Shown here: positions 37,513-50,890 of the stretch, one piece after another | How positions within the stretch are numbered: position 1 is the stretch's first letter | Layout of the letters: each line of letters begins with the position of its first letter | NCBI RefSeq assembly: GCF_902713615.1 | Contig: NC_052151.1 | Coordinates: 26,338,429 to 26,402,428, forward strand | Source: Scyliorhinus canicula | Lineage: Eukaryota | Direction: 5' to 3' | Length of the DNA stretch: 64,000 nucleotides | The notes under the pieces: model-generated | The model's database searches: none | The model's input: only the letters and a program-made list of their open reading frames with translations | Told to the model about the DNA's origin: nothing | Program-made: the position numbers and the translations under genes

Positions 37513-37889
37513 GTAAGTCAATACTTGTATTAATTATTACTATCGGTATGCCCCACATGCTGCAAAAACACTAAGCTTTCTTTGCCTCAGTTTTTATCAA
37601 GGAGGAGACAATTTGTTTGGCAACTGGAAAGGGAACTAGAGGGTGTTGTGGAGGTGAGCTGCAGCACCCTTCACATTGCTACCAGGTGGCTGCTGAACAG
37701 CCGTGCCAGCTTAAGGTACATACAAAACGTACAAATTAGAAGCAGGACGTAGCAGCAAGGTGGGTAGAAACCTTCCAGAAATCACTGAGAAATGCCTGGG
37801 GACTGGAGAAAGACTGCTGTTATCCCTACATCCAAATAAAGAGAGCAAATGTGACTCAGGTCAGTGAGTTTGACATCCATCATGGGGAA

Positions 37890-38060
37890 ACATAGAAAAT
37901 AGAAGCAGGAGGCCATTTGGCCCTTCGAGCTTGCGCTGCCCTTCATTATGATCATGACTGATCATCAAGTTCAATATTTTGATCCACCCCCCTATCTCTT
38001 GATCCCTTTAGCCCCAAGAGCTACATCTAATTCTTTCTTGAAATTATACAATGTTTTGGC
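37890..38060 (-). mobile_element. CR1 3' end fragment
   Basis: AAACATAGAAAATAG...GGCCATTTGGCCCTTCGAGC reverse tail. Confidence 0.7.
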
Positions 38061-39335
38061 CAGGTTTTTAGCGTATATTTTGTTTGCTATCCTCATAAAT
38101 GATCTGTTGCTCTGAGTCACAAGCATAATGGTTTAAGTAGCAAAGTATACAAATCCGATGAAGGCAGAAAGTTCCAAAGCTGAACAGGTTAAACTCGCGC
38201 AGGATTTGAATATATTTGGGAATTGGTCAGGTAGCTGGCAACTGATATTCAATGCAGAAAAATTCCCAACACGGGTGTTTCCTTTGCTTCATGTCTGGCT
38301 CTGTTGTAGACTGATTAACAGTCATGATTAGTTAAGAATTTCATTATCATTGTACTACATGATGAATGGTGAACTGGATTGACCTTGATCATTTTTTGTC
38401 TAGCCATTCTTATGTCTGATAAGTCATGCAATGATGTGAGTAATGTTAGAATTAGGGGAATATACTTTGAAAAAAATATTTTCTGATCATTTGGTTTGTA
38501 AATTCACCGCTGGATATGGTAGAGAGATGAGGGAAGCTCCCTGATATGGCCCCAAGTTTGCATTGAGTTAGTGGGTAGGCTAATGGCGAAGCTATGGTTT
38601 CTACAGTTGCTCATTATTTAGTGGACATCAGACAATTAGCAGTCTGGGCAGGGAACTGATGCTCCCTGAATACTATGGGACTGTCAATCCTCATTGTTGA
38701 GAATGAGGAGGTAACCCAAAGATGTGCAAGGTCGGTGGATTGGCCACGCTAAATTGCCCCTTAATTGGAAAAAATGAATTAGGTGCTCTAAAGTCATTTG
38801 AAAAAAAAAGAGAATGAGGAGATGCTCCATTGGTGAAATTCTAGAGTGTAACCAGTAGCTGTAGAAATATGGAGGAAGAGAGGAGGGAAGGGAGATAATG
38901 AGAAAGAGAGGATGACTTTTTCCCAGTTCCTTGGGCTGCGAGATATTCTGGACTGTGTCACTATGACTCCACTGATGGGGGTGTGTTCAATTTGCCTTGT
39001 GATGCCACAGTAATTTTTCTCGATGTTATGGGATACCTGCTTTTGGCACCGAGGGGTGGGAGATCCACTCTCTCTCCCTTAATACAGTGGGATGGTAAAG
39101 ACATGTGTTCTCTCTCTCTTTTCATACAGAGGGAAGGAATATCCACATTCTCTCCAGTAAGTCTTGATCCCATTACCTGGCACCAAGAATCATTGACTCA
39201 CAAAGGTGGGCCAGGGTAACAAAGCTAGGTGTAGAAGCGCAAATGTTGAAAGTTAGCATACAGGCACCATGCTCCAGCAATCCAATTAAAATGCAGCTCA
39301 ATAGCACTGCAGTGTTCATTTGTGTTTGCTTAAAT

Positions 39336-39512
39336 GGGCTGGTTTAGCACAGTGGGCTAAATAGCTAGCTTGTAAAGCAGACGAAGGCCAGCAGCGCGGG
39401 TTCAATTCCCGTACCAGCCTCCCCGAACAGGCGGCGGAATGTGGCGACTAAGGGCTTTTCACAGTAACTTCATTTGAAGCCTACTTGTGACAATAAGTGA
39501 TTTTCATTTCAT
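39336..39512 (+). mobile_element. Second-family tRNA SINE
   Basis: Matches the 5643-5828 copy. Confidence 0.85.
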
Positions 39513-40906
39513 TAACTATGTTAATCTAGTTGAAAGGTTAGAAGTGAAAACTCTTTTCACAACATTTATCAATTGAAGGGAATCACATCCTTGGTTTGGA
39601 GGGGGTGGGTGGGTTGCTGCTGTGTTCTTAATGGTATTTTAGAGTGAAGCATGAGTGAGCGAGCATGAACTTAGCTTCAAACAAACCTTTCGTTTCACCA
39701 GGAACGCACTTTTTATTTTGTAGAGCTATTTCAAAAGGCATCTGTAGATACGGCAGGGCTGGCCAAGAACACGAGGAAATCCGTCGCGTTTCTCTGTGTA
39801 AAACTGTTGTGGTTTGAAGGGTTTGGTCTTTTCTATTGTCTTTCACTGTAGGAAATAGTTCACTTTGTTTACGTCAGAGCCAATTGATTGTAATCGTCTT
39901 GCTGGATACCTGTTGTTTCCATTTCAACAGTAACTATTTACATTACTTACTGTTTGTCCTTCTGATAATCTTGTGCTTCACATTCATTGATATATTTTTA
40001 CCATTTGCACCTCGTTTGCCTTTTAATTATTTTTGAGTCATTTCCTTTTGGAGAAAGATGATCATGTACCATTTCGCAGACTTAGGTTGTGGGAGGGGAG
40101 CAATATGGTTGTTCCTCAGCTGCTGTCAGTGACGCTGTGCAAGCACTGCTAGTAAATGCGTGAGTGGCTATTTTAGCTTTTTCCCCTAGCAGGGTTTCAC
40201 TCACTTCTAGAATACATGTGCTTATACAATGCCAATTCCTGCTTTTCTGCTTCTTCAACTCCCTCCACTGGCCCGAGACAAGATCCTCATGAATGTAAAG
40301 CTCTACATCTGCTGACTAGAATCTGTCAGGATGTCCGAGATGGACTGAATGACGCATTACACCCTTGATGGGTACATCAACCCACCACTACCAAAAATAT
40401 TTGCATTTGTTCTTTAAGTGCTTTGATTTAGCGTACACCAGTTCTCTGGTCTAATCACTGATTTAAAATATGGTTAAAAAAAATTGTTTCCTGTAGTTAG
40501 CAATCCGATTCTTTCCTGACCATGTGTTTTATCCCAGGGGTGAAGAAAATCGGATGTAATTTATCCTCACCAAAATCGGATGTGATTTATCTTCACCAAA
40601 TCCACCTCTTTAAACAGTGACTTTTGAGAATCGTTTTCATTAATGAGGAGCAACATAGGAACTATCTCGTTTCCACACACCCTGTTACTTCAATTTTCTT
40701 ACATGTAAAAATATTAATTCTTTAGAATAGAACTTTGAATTGAACTATTCAAAGTAAACTGCATGGGAGACAACGGGCGGGATTCTCCAACCCCCCCCCC
40801 CCCCCCCCCCCCGGGCGGGTCGGAGAATCACCAGGGGGGCGGGGTAAATCCCGCCCGGCCGCCCTGCGAAATTCTCCGGCGCCCCCAAAAAATCCCGTCG
40901 ATATGA

Positions 40907-43900
40907 CGGGGGGGGGGAGGCGGGGCCATAACTGGTTCTTCCCCGCGCTGGAGCGGTGCCTGGAGGAGGGATAGATTGGGGGATGATCCCACTTTGGGAG
41001 GGGTCGGGTTATTGGCGGGAGTTTCCGGGGTCAGCAGAAGTTAGCTGACCCACGGAAGTACAATGGAGGATGGTTCGCGGCTGGGAGGGTTCCTAGCCTG
41101 GGGGGGAAGGGAGCGGGGGGGAAAGGGGAATACCGGGTTGCCGCTGGTAGGGTCAGGAAGGAGCTGGTGGGGGCTGGGGGGACAGAGGTGAGGTGTTGTC
41201 GCTGTGGAAACTGGGTCGGGCAGGGGGTGCTGGCCTGGGGCGGGCAGTCGACGGGTTATGGCTAGTCAACGGGGGAGGGGGGCGGGATGCCCTCTGATCC
41301 GGTTGGTCACCTGGAATGCGAGAGGATTGAATGGGCCGGTGAAGCGGTCAAGGGTACTTACTCATCTGAAGGGGCTAAAGGCAGATGTGGCAATGCTTCA
41401 GGAGACCCACCTGAAGGTGGCGGACCAGGTCCGCCTGAGGAAGGGATGGGTGGGGTAGGTTTTCCACTCTGGGTTGGATGTGAAGAACCGGGGAGTGGCA
41501 ATTCTGGTGGGGAAAAATATGTCGTTTGAGGCATCGGAGGTGGTGGGGAATAAGGGGGATAGGTATGTTATGGTTAGGGGCAGGCTACAAGGAGAGAAGG
41601 TGGTACTTGCTAGTGTGTATGCCCCAAATTGGGACGATGCGGGCTTTATGAGGCGTATGTTGGGACGGGTCCTGTATCTGGAGGCGGGAGGTCTGATCAT
41701 GGGTGTTGGATCCTTCACTGGATCCGTCCAGCTCTAGGACGGGTAGGAGGCCGGCGGCGGCCAAGGTACTGAGAGAGTTTATGGACCAGATGGGTGGGGT
41801 GGATCCATGGAGGTTTGTGAGGCCGAGGGCATGCGAGTACTCTTTCTTCTCCCACGTACATAGGGTCTACTCTTGGATAGACTTCTTCGTGGTGAGTAGG
41901 GGACTGATTCCGAGAGTGGAGAAGGCCGAGTATTCGGCCATTGCAATCTCCGACCACGCTCCGCATTGGATAGAGTTGGAGATGGGGGAGGTGCGGGACC
42001 AGCGCCCGTTGTGACGGTTGGATGTGGGGTTGCTGGCGGAGGAGGAGGTGTGTAGGAGGGTCCGGGCAAGTATTGAGGGGTACCACGAGGTGAATGATAC
42101 GGGGGAGGTTCAGGTGGGGATGGTCTGGGAAGCCCTGAAGGCAGTGATTCGTGGAGAACCCGGATGGGTTCCCGGTGAAATTTTATAAAAAGTTTGTGGA
42201 CACAGGGAGAGGAGCGAGAGGGATAGACTGGTGGGAAAGATACTGGAGGTAGACAGGAGGTATGCAGAGGCACCAGAGGAGGGACTGTTGACGGAGAGAC
42301 GCAGCCTGCAGGCTAAATTTGATTTGCTGACCAGTAGAAAGGCGGAGGCACAGTGGAGGAAGACACAAGGAGCAGTGTACGAACATGGTGAAAAGGCGAG
42401 TAGGATGCTGGCTCATCAGCTCCGCAAGCGGGATGCGGGTAAGGAAATTGCTGGAGTGAGATACAAGAGTGGGAATGTGGTGCGGAGTGAATGAGGTCTT
42501 CAAGGACTTTTACGGGGAACTGTACCGGTCGGAGCCAACGGGGGAGAGGAGGGAAATGGAGAGGTTCCTCGACGGGCTTCCTTTCCCGAAGGTGCAGGAG
42601 GAGAAGGTGGAGGGGTTGGGTGCGCCGATTGAGCTGAAGGAGCTAGTTAAGGGGATCGGGCAGATGCAGTCAGGGAAGGCACCGGGGCCGGATGGGTTCC
42701 CGGTGAAATTTTATAAAAAGTTTGTGGACCTAGTGGGCCCCTTGCTGGTGCGGACACTCAATGAAGCGTGGGAAGGGGGGACTTTGCCCCCGATGATGTT
42801 ACGGGCGCTGATCTCGTTAATTTTAAAGAGGGACAAGGACCCCCAGCAGTGTGGTTCATACAGGCCCATATCTCTCCTCAACGTGGATGCTAAGGTGCTG
42901 GCAAAAATCCTGGCCATCAGGATAGAGGACTGTGTGCCAGGGGTTGTGCACGAGGACCAGACAGGTTTTGTGAAGGGAAGGCAGCTGAAGACGAATGTGC
43001 GGAGATTGTTGAATGTCATCATGATGCCGGCGATTGAGGGGGAGGCAGAGATAGTGGTGGCGCTGGATGCGGAGGCCTTCGATAGAGTGGAGTGGGGGTA
43101 CCTATGGGGGGTGATGGGGAGGTTTGGATTTGGTGAAGGGTTCATTAGATGGGTAAGGCTGCTATATGAGGCCCCGATGGTGTGCGTGGCCACGAATGGG
43201 AGGAGGTCGGAGTACTTCCAGCTTTACTGAGGGACCAGGCAGGGTTGCCCCCTGTCCCCCTTGTTGTTTGCACTGGCAATCGAGCCGCTGGCGATGGCGT
43301 TGAGGGATTCAGAGAGGTGGAGAGGCTTGGTGCGAGGTGGGGAGGAACATAGGGTGTCATTGTATGCCGATGACCTGTTACTGTATGTGGCGGACCCGGT
43401 GGGAGGAGTTCAAGAGGTGGGACATACTGCCATTGTCGTTGGCGGGGAGGGTACAGTCCGTCAAAATGACGGTGCTTCCGAGGTTCTTGTTCCTCTTTCA
43501 GTGCCTGCCCATCTTTATCCCCAGGGCCTTCTTTAGGAGAGTGACTAGCAGTATTTTGAGCTTTGTGTGGGCACATGGGACTCTGAGAGTGAAGAGGGTG
43601 TTCCTGGAACGAGGGAGGGATAGAGGCGGGCTGGCGCTGCCCAACCTTCTGGGGTACTATTGGGCGGCCAATGTGTCAATGGTGCGTAAATGGGTGATGG
43701 AGGGGGGAGGGGCGGCGTGGAAAAGAATGGAGATGGCGTCATGTAGAGGTACGAGCCTGGGTGCCATGGTAACGGCGCCGTTGCCGCTCTCCCCTAAGAG
43801 GTTTACCACGAGCCCGGTGGTGGCGGCGACCCTAAGAATCTGGGGACAATGGAGACGTCATTGGGGGGGGAAACAGGGGGCTCGATGGAGGCTCCACTGG

Positions 43901-44827
43901 GTGGCAATCATCGGTTCATCCCGGGGAATACTGATGGGGGATTTAAGGGGTGGCAAAGGGCGGGCATCAGCAAATTGAGGGACCTGTTTATTGGCGGGAG
44001 GTTTGCGGGCCTGGGGGAACTGGAAGATAATTTTGGCTTGCCCAAGGGAACATGTTCAGATACTTGCAGGTAAAGGCGTTTGCTAGGCGACAGGTACAGG
44101 GATTCCCTCTGCTGCCCTCGCGGGAGACGATAGACAGAGTGCTTTCGGGGGTGTGGGTCGGAGAGGGGAAGGTGTCTGACATCTATAAGGTAATGCAGGA
44201 GGTGGAGGAGTCGTCAGTGGAGGAGCTGAAGGCTAAATGGGAGGAGGAACTTGGGGAGCAGATAGAGGACGGGACTTGGGCGGATGCCCTGGAGAGAGTC
44301 AACTCTTCCTCCTCATGTGCGAGGCTTAGTCTCATCCAATTTAAGGTGCTGCACCGGGCCCATATGTCCGGGACTAGGATGAGTAGGTTCTTTGGGGGTG
44401 AGGACAGGTGCACCAGATGTTCGGGGAGTCCAGCGAACCACGCCCATATGTTCTGGGCATGCCCAGCACTGGAAGAATTCTGGAAGGGGGTGGCGAGGAC
44501 GGTGTCGAGGGTGGTTGGATCCAGGGTCAAACCAGGGTGGGGACTCGCGATTTTTGGAGTTACCGTAGAGCCAGGAGTGCAGGAGGCGAAAGAGGCCGGT
44601 GTCCTGGCCTTTGCGCCCCTAGTAGCCCGGCGGAGGATCCTGCTACAGTGGAAGGATGTGAGGCCCCCAAGTGTGGAGACCTGGATCAGTGACATGGCGG
44701 GATTTATAAAATTGGAAAGGGTCAAATTTGCCCTGAGAGGATCAATACAAGGGTTCTATAAACGATGGCAGCCTTTTCTGGACTTCCTGGCTCAAAGATA
44801 GGTACCTTGGTCAATAACAGCAGTAAC

Positions 44828-44864
<37 letters not shown>

Positions 44865-45064
44865 GTTCCTTATTGCAGTTTCTATTCTGTAACTTAATAT
44901 TATGTTAATTTGTGTTGTTAAAATGCTGTGTTGTTCATGGAGGTGGGGCAAATGTTTATGATTGCTAATATTATTGTTATTTTTGGTATTTTACTATGGT
45001 GCGTTATTGTTGTATAAATTCAAATTTTTTATTGAAAAATGTATTTAAAAAATTTTTTTTTTTT
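40907..45064 (+). mobile_element. Tx1/L1-clade LINE, ORF1-less, with disrupted ORF2 (41258-44801)
   Basis: TWNARGLN, LQETH, ISDHAP, KAPGPDG, YRPISLLN, DQTGF, LYADDLLL, C-terminal CTRC...H.FW.C; TSD AAAATCCCGTC at 40889-40899 and 45065-45075. Confidence 0.93.
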
Positions 45065-46194
45065 AAAATCCCGTCTATGTGAATTGTCCTGTGCACCCTC
45101 CGGAGAATGTTGAGGACCAGCGTGCTGCAATGTGACCCAGGGCCGCCCCAATTCTCCAGGCTGAATGGGCCGAATTCCCGCTGACGTAACCACGGGTCAC
45201 GCCGGCGTAAATCAAACCACCTATTTAACGGCGTCAACCAGTTGTTGTGGGGCGGAGGAAGGGGTCGGCGGAGGCGGGCCGCCGGAGTAGTGACGGCGTG
45301 GCCACAGGTGGTGGTGGGGGGTGGGTGGGTGGGGGGGGGGGGGGGGGGGGGGTGGGTGGGTGGGTTCGCAAGAGCCGTTTGAGTGTGTGTGCGCCGGGTG
45401 GGGGAGGATAGGGGCTGGGGAGGGGTGGGAGGGGCTGGGGAGGAGGGGGGGTGATGGAGAGGGGGAGGATTGGGGAGGGTGCGTGCTGGGGAGGAGGGGG
45501 GGGATCGGGAAGGGTGCGTGCTGGGGAGCAGGGTGGCTTTGGGGAGGGTGTGTGCTGGGAACGGGGGGGGTGGCTCGTGATGGAGAGGGTGCGTGCTGGG
45601 GAGGAGGGGGGATTGGGGAGGGTGCGTGCCGGGGAGGAGGGGGGGTTGGGGAGGTTGCGTGCTGGGGAGGAGGGGGCGGTGGGGTTTGGGGAGGGTGCAT
45701 GCCGGGGAGGGCGAGTGATGGTGAAGGTGCGTGCCAGGGAGGAGATTGGGTGGGTTGGGGAGGGTGTGTGCCGGGAAGGAGAGTGGGATGTTTGGGGACG
45801 GTACGTGCCGGGGTGGTTGAAGGGGGGGTGTCCGCCTGGCCATGTGCCAGTTGGCAACAGTCGCGACCATGCAGCCCATGGCACCTGGCTGCGGGGGGGG
45901 GGGGGGGGGGTATGGGCAATGATGACATGTCGTCTATCCCCCCACACCCTGCAGGCCGTTATGTTTGCTGATCACCCAGCGATGTTGGCCGCTGTGGCCG
46001 GAACCGCACTTCTACATGTTGCTCTGGGGGAGCTGGAGCACGAGCGTGCCAGGGAGGCGGCGGAGGCTGCCGCAGAGGAGTGTGCTGTAGAGGGGCAGGT
46101 AGCAGCCGCCCTGGCTGGAGGGCCGCCTGCACGACAGGACAAGGAGGAGGAGGTGGTGGTGGTGGTGCTACGGTGACGGAGACGGAGACGCTCG

Positions 46195-46600
46195 ATGAGG
46201 CCCTGTGTGTACCGGCCCCGCTCGTCGTACCAGGACCTCGGGGATTGGGCATGCCGGAGGAGACTCTGGATGAGCCGGGAAGCCGTCACCCATATCTGCC
46301 ACCTGATGACACACCTGGCACCGTGTGGCACTGGGGGAGGACACTCTCTCCCCGTGGCCGTCAAGGTTATGGTGACCCTGAAATTTTATGCCACGGGGTC
46401 ATTCCAGGCGCCGAGTCGGGAACCTGTCCGGCATCACGGAGGCATTGGTGCACCGGTGACGGAGGCATTGGAGCACCGGTGACGAACGCCCTGTATGCCA
46501 TTGTGGACCGCTACATCCAGTGCCCTGTGTACCGGGCCAGCCAGGATGCTCGGGCAGCGGGCTTCGCTGTGGCGGCCGGGATGCTCATGGTCCAGGGGGG
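46195..46600 (+). pseudogene. Harbinger (HARBI1-like) transposase N-terminal remnant
   Basis: VYRPR...CRRRL...ICHL...LPVAVKV...LKFYATGSFQ, then VTNALY...YIQCP...AGFA..AGM..VQG; breaks off before the first catalytic Asp. Confidence 0.8.
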
Positions 46601-47449
46601 CCAGAGTAAAAGGCCTGGGCTAATGCATTGTTGTTTGACTAGGGGGAGACCCTGGGAGGTAATGGGCGGGACGGAGTGGCGTGAACCACTCCAGCGTTTT
46701 GCCGCCCCAAATGTGCGGAATCCTCTGCACCTTCAGGGGCTAGGCCGGCGCCAGAGTGGTCTGCACCCCGCCGGCCGGCGTGGAAGGCCTTTGGCGGTGT
46801 GCCAGCCGGGGCCGAAGGGACCCCGCCGGCTGGTGCGAGTCTGCGCGGGAGCGTCAGAAGACGTCATCCCCGCGCATGCGCGGCGGGGTTCACCTACGGG
46901 TTGGCCATTGCGGAGGCTGGCACGGCCGGTGCATAGGAAAAGAGTGCCCCCATGGCACAGGCCCACCCGCAGATCGGTGGGCCCCAATCGCGTACCAGGC
47001 CACCGTGGGGGCACCCCCCCCCAGAGCCAGATCGCCCCATGCCCCCCCCCCCCCCCCAAGGAATCCGGAGCATGCCCACGCCGCCAGGTCCCGCTGGTAA
47101 GGGACCTAGTCTAATTTACGCTGGCGGGACTGGCAAAGGATGGCGGGGTCGGAGACACGCCGGGGTGGCCGGGGGTGGGGGGGTGGCTGCAAGCGCCGCC
47201 GACCGGCATGATTCCGGTCCCCGCCGAATTCGGCAGCCGGCAGGGGCGGGGTTCACGCCGCCACCCGGTGATTCACCGACCTGGCGGGGGTCGGAGAATC
47301 CCGCCCAATGTATTTCCAGCTTGGGGAGTTGATGTAATGGCTGGATGGAGCTCCAGTATTCAGACTTTTTGAGAAAGCTTCTTGAGTTGTGTTCTGATCT
47401 GGCTAACACTGAGTCCACAAGTAAGATCTTTTCCTCTCAGAGGAGGATA

Positions 47450-47917
47450 ATTTAAAAAAAGAATAAAGCTGTGCAGACTTGTCAGAGGACAAGGGGGAAG
47501 CTAAAACAAACCAATTGAAACAGCTTTTTGAAGACATCCAGCCAGTGTATGCAGAGATTCTAACTGGAGCCAAATCTGTTCTGGAAAGCAAGTATTACTC
47601 TGTGCCATTGGGATGCAGAATGGATTGAGAACAGTATGTTTTTCCTTTCTTGTTATTTAATTGGGAATAGAGATAGTAATTAAGGTATTTACTGGAATTG
47701 TTCAAGCCGTAATTGTAAGCTATTTTGGGGTGTGATGTTAAAGAGTTAATAGTGTGAATAATAAAGTTTTTAGTTATAAAATACAAAATCCCTATTTCTT
47801 CGTGCAATCACTCCAGGAGCGAAATATTCTTTCCACACAATCTTACAAAATAAACTAAAATATTGGGGTTTCGTCCAGTATCGTAGCCACTGTTGGGGTC
47901 TGGTCTGGGATCGTAAT
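47450..47917 (+). mobile_element. Probable LTR 3' fragment
   Basis: AATAAA followed by U5-like region ending GGGATCGTAATA (degenerate ...TAACA). Confidence 0.4.
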
Positions 47918-49120
47918 AAGCAGCCCTATCTTAAGATACGTTTTTCTGGTTTGTATCTTATTCAATGTAATTTGAGACTCCTGGTATAAATGATGAGCGT
48001 TGATTATTGTGCCAACCTCCCTACATTGCACAAATGGAGTCACTTAGTGGGATCAAATCCATTCAGTGTCTGCTTTTAGTCTAAAACTGAAATGTGGAAG
48101 TATTTTACTCAAAGGCTCCTATTATCTTAAGCCCTGTATGCATTGTCAAGAAATGACCTCATTGCAGGATTTTATTGTTGTAACTGGGTCTAATGTATGT
48201 TTGCTAAGCCCAGTTATCACTCTGAACTGTTTAACATTTATATTCAATGGAGACTTTGACATTGACAAATAGAAGTGTGGGAAAGATCTTGGCTCAGCCA
48301 TGAAAAAGAGCATAGCTTGTGTAAGACTAGAAAAAAGTTTTGATTCATCTGGTCTGTGTTGGAGATTAGGAAAATTATAAAAGATGGTCACCAGTTCTCA
48401 AGCCTTAACTTTCAGCTGTCAATCCTGAGTTTGTGATCATTTCATGTTTGCTGACCGCTTGTTTAGTCAAATTCTCAAGGGCATTGCTTTTTTAATTAAC
48501 AAAGTTGTTCTCATAACGTTGCATATTTATGTTTGTTTTTTTTCAGTTTGTTTGCAGTGGGTGATGATGGCAAGGTTGCATTTATGGCCATGTTCCCCTG
48601 AGACAGTGCTGGGGGTGGGCTTTCACCTTGAATTGTTGCAGTCCTTATGGTGGTGGTTCTCCCATGATGTTGTGTTGGTTAGGAATTCCAGTTTTGACCC
48701 AGTGACAATGAAAGCCCGACAGTATATGATGAGGTGAAGCTGGTATGTGACTTAGAGGGTATCTTTGAGGTGCTGGTCTTCCAATGATTTTGATGGTGCC
48801 ATCTTTCGTCATGGTAGAGGCCACAGTGCAGAGAGGTGCTGTCAAAGGAAGCTTGGTGCACTGTATCCAATAGACAGTTGATACAACAGGAACATTACAC
48901 CAGTGATGGAGGGAATGGTTATTCAAACCACTCGCAGGGGCACTGATCAGTCAAACTGCTCTGTCCTGGGTGGTGTTGATCTTTGGTGAATGATGAGCAT
49001 TCAGTCACACTCTGCCTGTCAATCAAAATGTATCAGGCATGGATACATGGTGGAGTTCATGCCACAATTAGATCAACTATGATTTATTGAATGGCAGAGC
49101 AGGCTTGAGGGGCCGAATTT

Positions 49121-49395
49121 GGCGGCATGATGACACAGTGGTTAGCACTGCTGCCTCACAACGGCAGGGTTCCGGATTCAATTCCGGCCTTGGGTGACTG
49201 ACTCTGTGGAGTTTGCACTTTCTCCGAGTCTGCGTGCATTTCCTCCGGGTGCTCCAGTTTCCACCCACAGCCCAAAGGTTAGGTAGGGTTACAGAGGTGG
49301 GGTGGAGGAATGGGCCTAGGTCGGATGCTCTTTCAGAGGGGTGGTAAGGACTTGAATGGGCCGAAAGGCTTCCTTCTACACGTAGGAATTCTATG
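49121..49395 (+). mobile_element. V-domain SINE inserted into a CR1 tail hairpin
   Basis: GGGGCCGAAT [SINE] GAATGGCCTTCTGCTCCTAATTC. Confidence 0.8.
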
Positions 49396-50469
49396 GAATG
49401 GCCTTCTGCTCCTAATTCGCATGTTCATAAGGATCTGTGTATTTCCAAACACTGCAGTGTTACCGTGTTGAAAGATTAAACTGTTACAAATGCTTACAGA
49501 GTACCAGATTCCCGTACTATTTTTAATGGTGATGTTAAGGGTTTCTACAATATGGCACAACATAATTTCTAGGCTTTAGTGTATTTGGTTTAATCAGTGG
49601 AAGAGTTGCGACTGAGGCAATGGGCTTGTGTTGTTGAACTGACTATGAGAGGTAATAAACAATCCCAGTGACCTTCAGTCAATGTACACAAACCGTCACA
49701 CCTCATACACTCCTGATGGAAGCAGATTACAAGTATTCTGCCGTATGTGTAGCACCGGTTGGTAAGATAACGAGACATGTAGTACACGAGTGCTGTAGAC
49801 GAGGAAAAAGTTCTGACGATAGTAATGATATCTTCGTCATCATCTGAAAGGTTGTTGTTTATGGTGTCTTTCCTCGTTCCCCGTTAGCTCGTTTATTAAG
49901 ACCAGTATAATGGACCTACATAAACTGGAAGGTCACAGATTTGATTCCTGCTATTGTGAGCTTGTACCCACTAATGTGCCTGTGCTCTTGCTGTCTGAGC
50001 AGGGAGAGTTAAAACTACCACGTGTTCCTCTTTTGCCTGCTATCCAGTGACCTCTGCTTGGTGTTTGTTGTAAGAGGGCAGGGTTTTGTTCTGCAATGAT
50101 GCACCTCCTACTGAAATAATGTGTTAATACCATTCTGGGTCATCCGTGAAGAACAATCATTTGTAAAGTATTTCTGGAATTAAAACGCAAGGAAAAGAGG
50201 ATGAGGGAAGAAAATGTGCAAATTTTATTTTTAAATCATGTTTCTGAGATGCTGACACAGGCTGTACACCATTAACTCCCACTGTTATTTAAACGTGTTC
50301 CATTGGCTGCACCTAATTCAAGGAAATTGAGAATTTAATTTTGACCTTTGAAGGAGACATTTATGCGGCAGAATTTTTCTTAGCGTTCTATTTGAAGATG
50401 AAAATTTGGAAATGCCCAATTTAGCTATTGTAGATGGCTCGAGTAGATAAATTATTTTCAGAAAGAGTA

Positions 50470-50890
50470 AGGTAACATTGTCATTATGTTACTGGACTAA
50501 TAATCTGGAGATATGATTTCACATCCCATCATGGCAGTTGGGAAAACTGAATTTGAAGAAATAAATCTGGAATAAAAAGCTAGAATCAATAATCATGACC
50601 ATGAAACTACCACCTTGTCATTAAAAAATTCTACTGGTTTATTAATGCCCTTTAGGGAAGGAAGCGTATCGTTCTGACTGGGTCTGGTTTATATGTGACT
50701 CCAGACACACATAATCTGGTTGACTCTCTTAATTGCCGTCTAAAATGGTCTAGCTAAACACTTATTTGTGTCAAAATGCTCTGAAAATCCTTTCATGCAA
50801 AGGGGCTGCAGTGGCAAGAAGGTAGCTTAAGACGACAATAAAAGTGGGCAATAAATGCTGGCCTTTCCAGGGATGCCTACATCCCATGAA
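50470..50890 (+). mobile_element. Old SINE/LINE-tail repeat; related - fragments at ~25965-26170 and ~33120-33370
   Basis: Shared GGGCAATAAATGCTG...ACATCCC tail and ATGTGACTCCAG motif. Confidence 0.5.

Larger units (their letters stand above)
40775..47306 (+). mobile_element. PIF/Harbinger-like DNA transposon (defective) with nested L1
   Basis: Perfect 14-bp TIR GGGCGGGATTCTCC / GGAGAATCCCGCCC with extended subterminal symmetry; transposase remnant inside. Confidence 0.8.

Noticed and set aside
38358-38421. C/D box snoRNA (ATGATGA...CTGA)
   Set aside because: No convincing terminal stem or recognisable guide; looks like a decayed LINE 3' end
44829-44862. Long G/C homopolymers (also ~20152, 32706, 40791, 45330, 60605, 61081)
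   Set aside because: Mostly within TE-derived tracts, and lengths are error-prone in sequencing; no functional inference possible
45004-47418. Long Pro/Gly-rich ORFs on both strands
   Set aside because: Low-complexity GC-rich transposon interior depleted of stops; only the 46195-46600 remnant has homology
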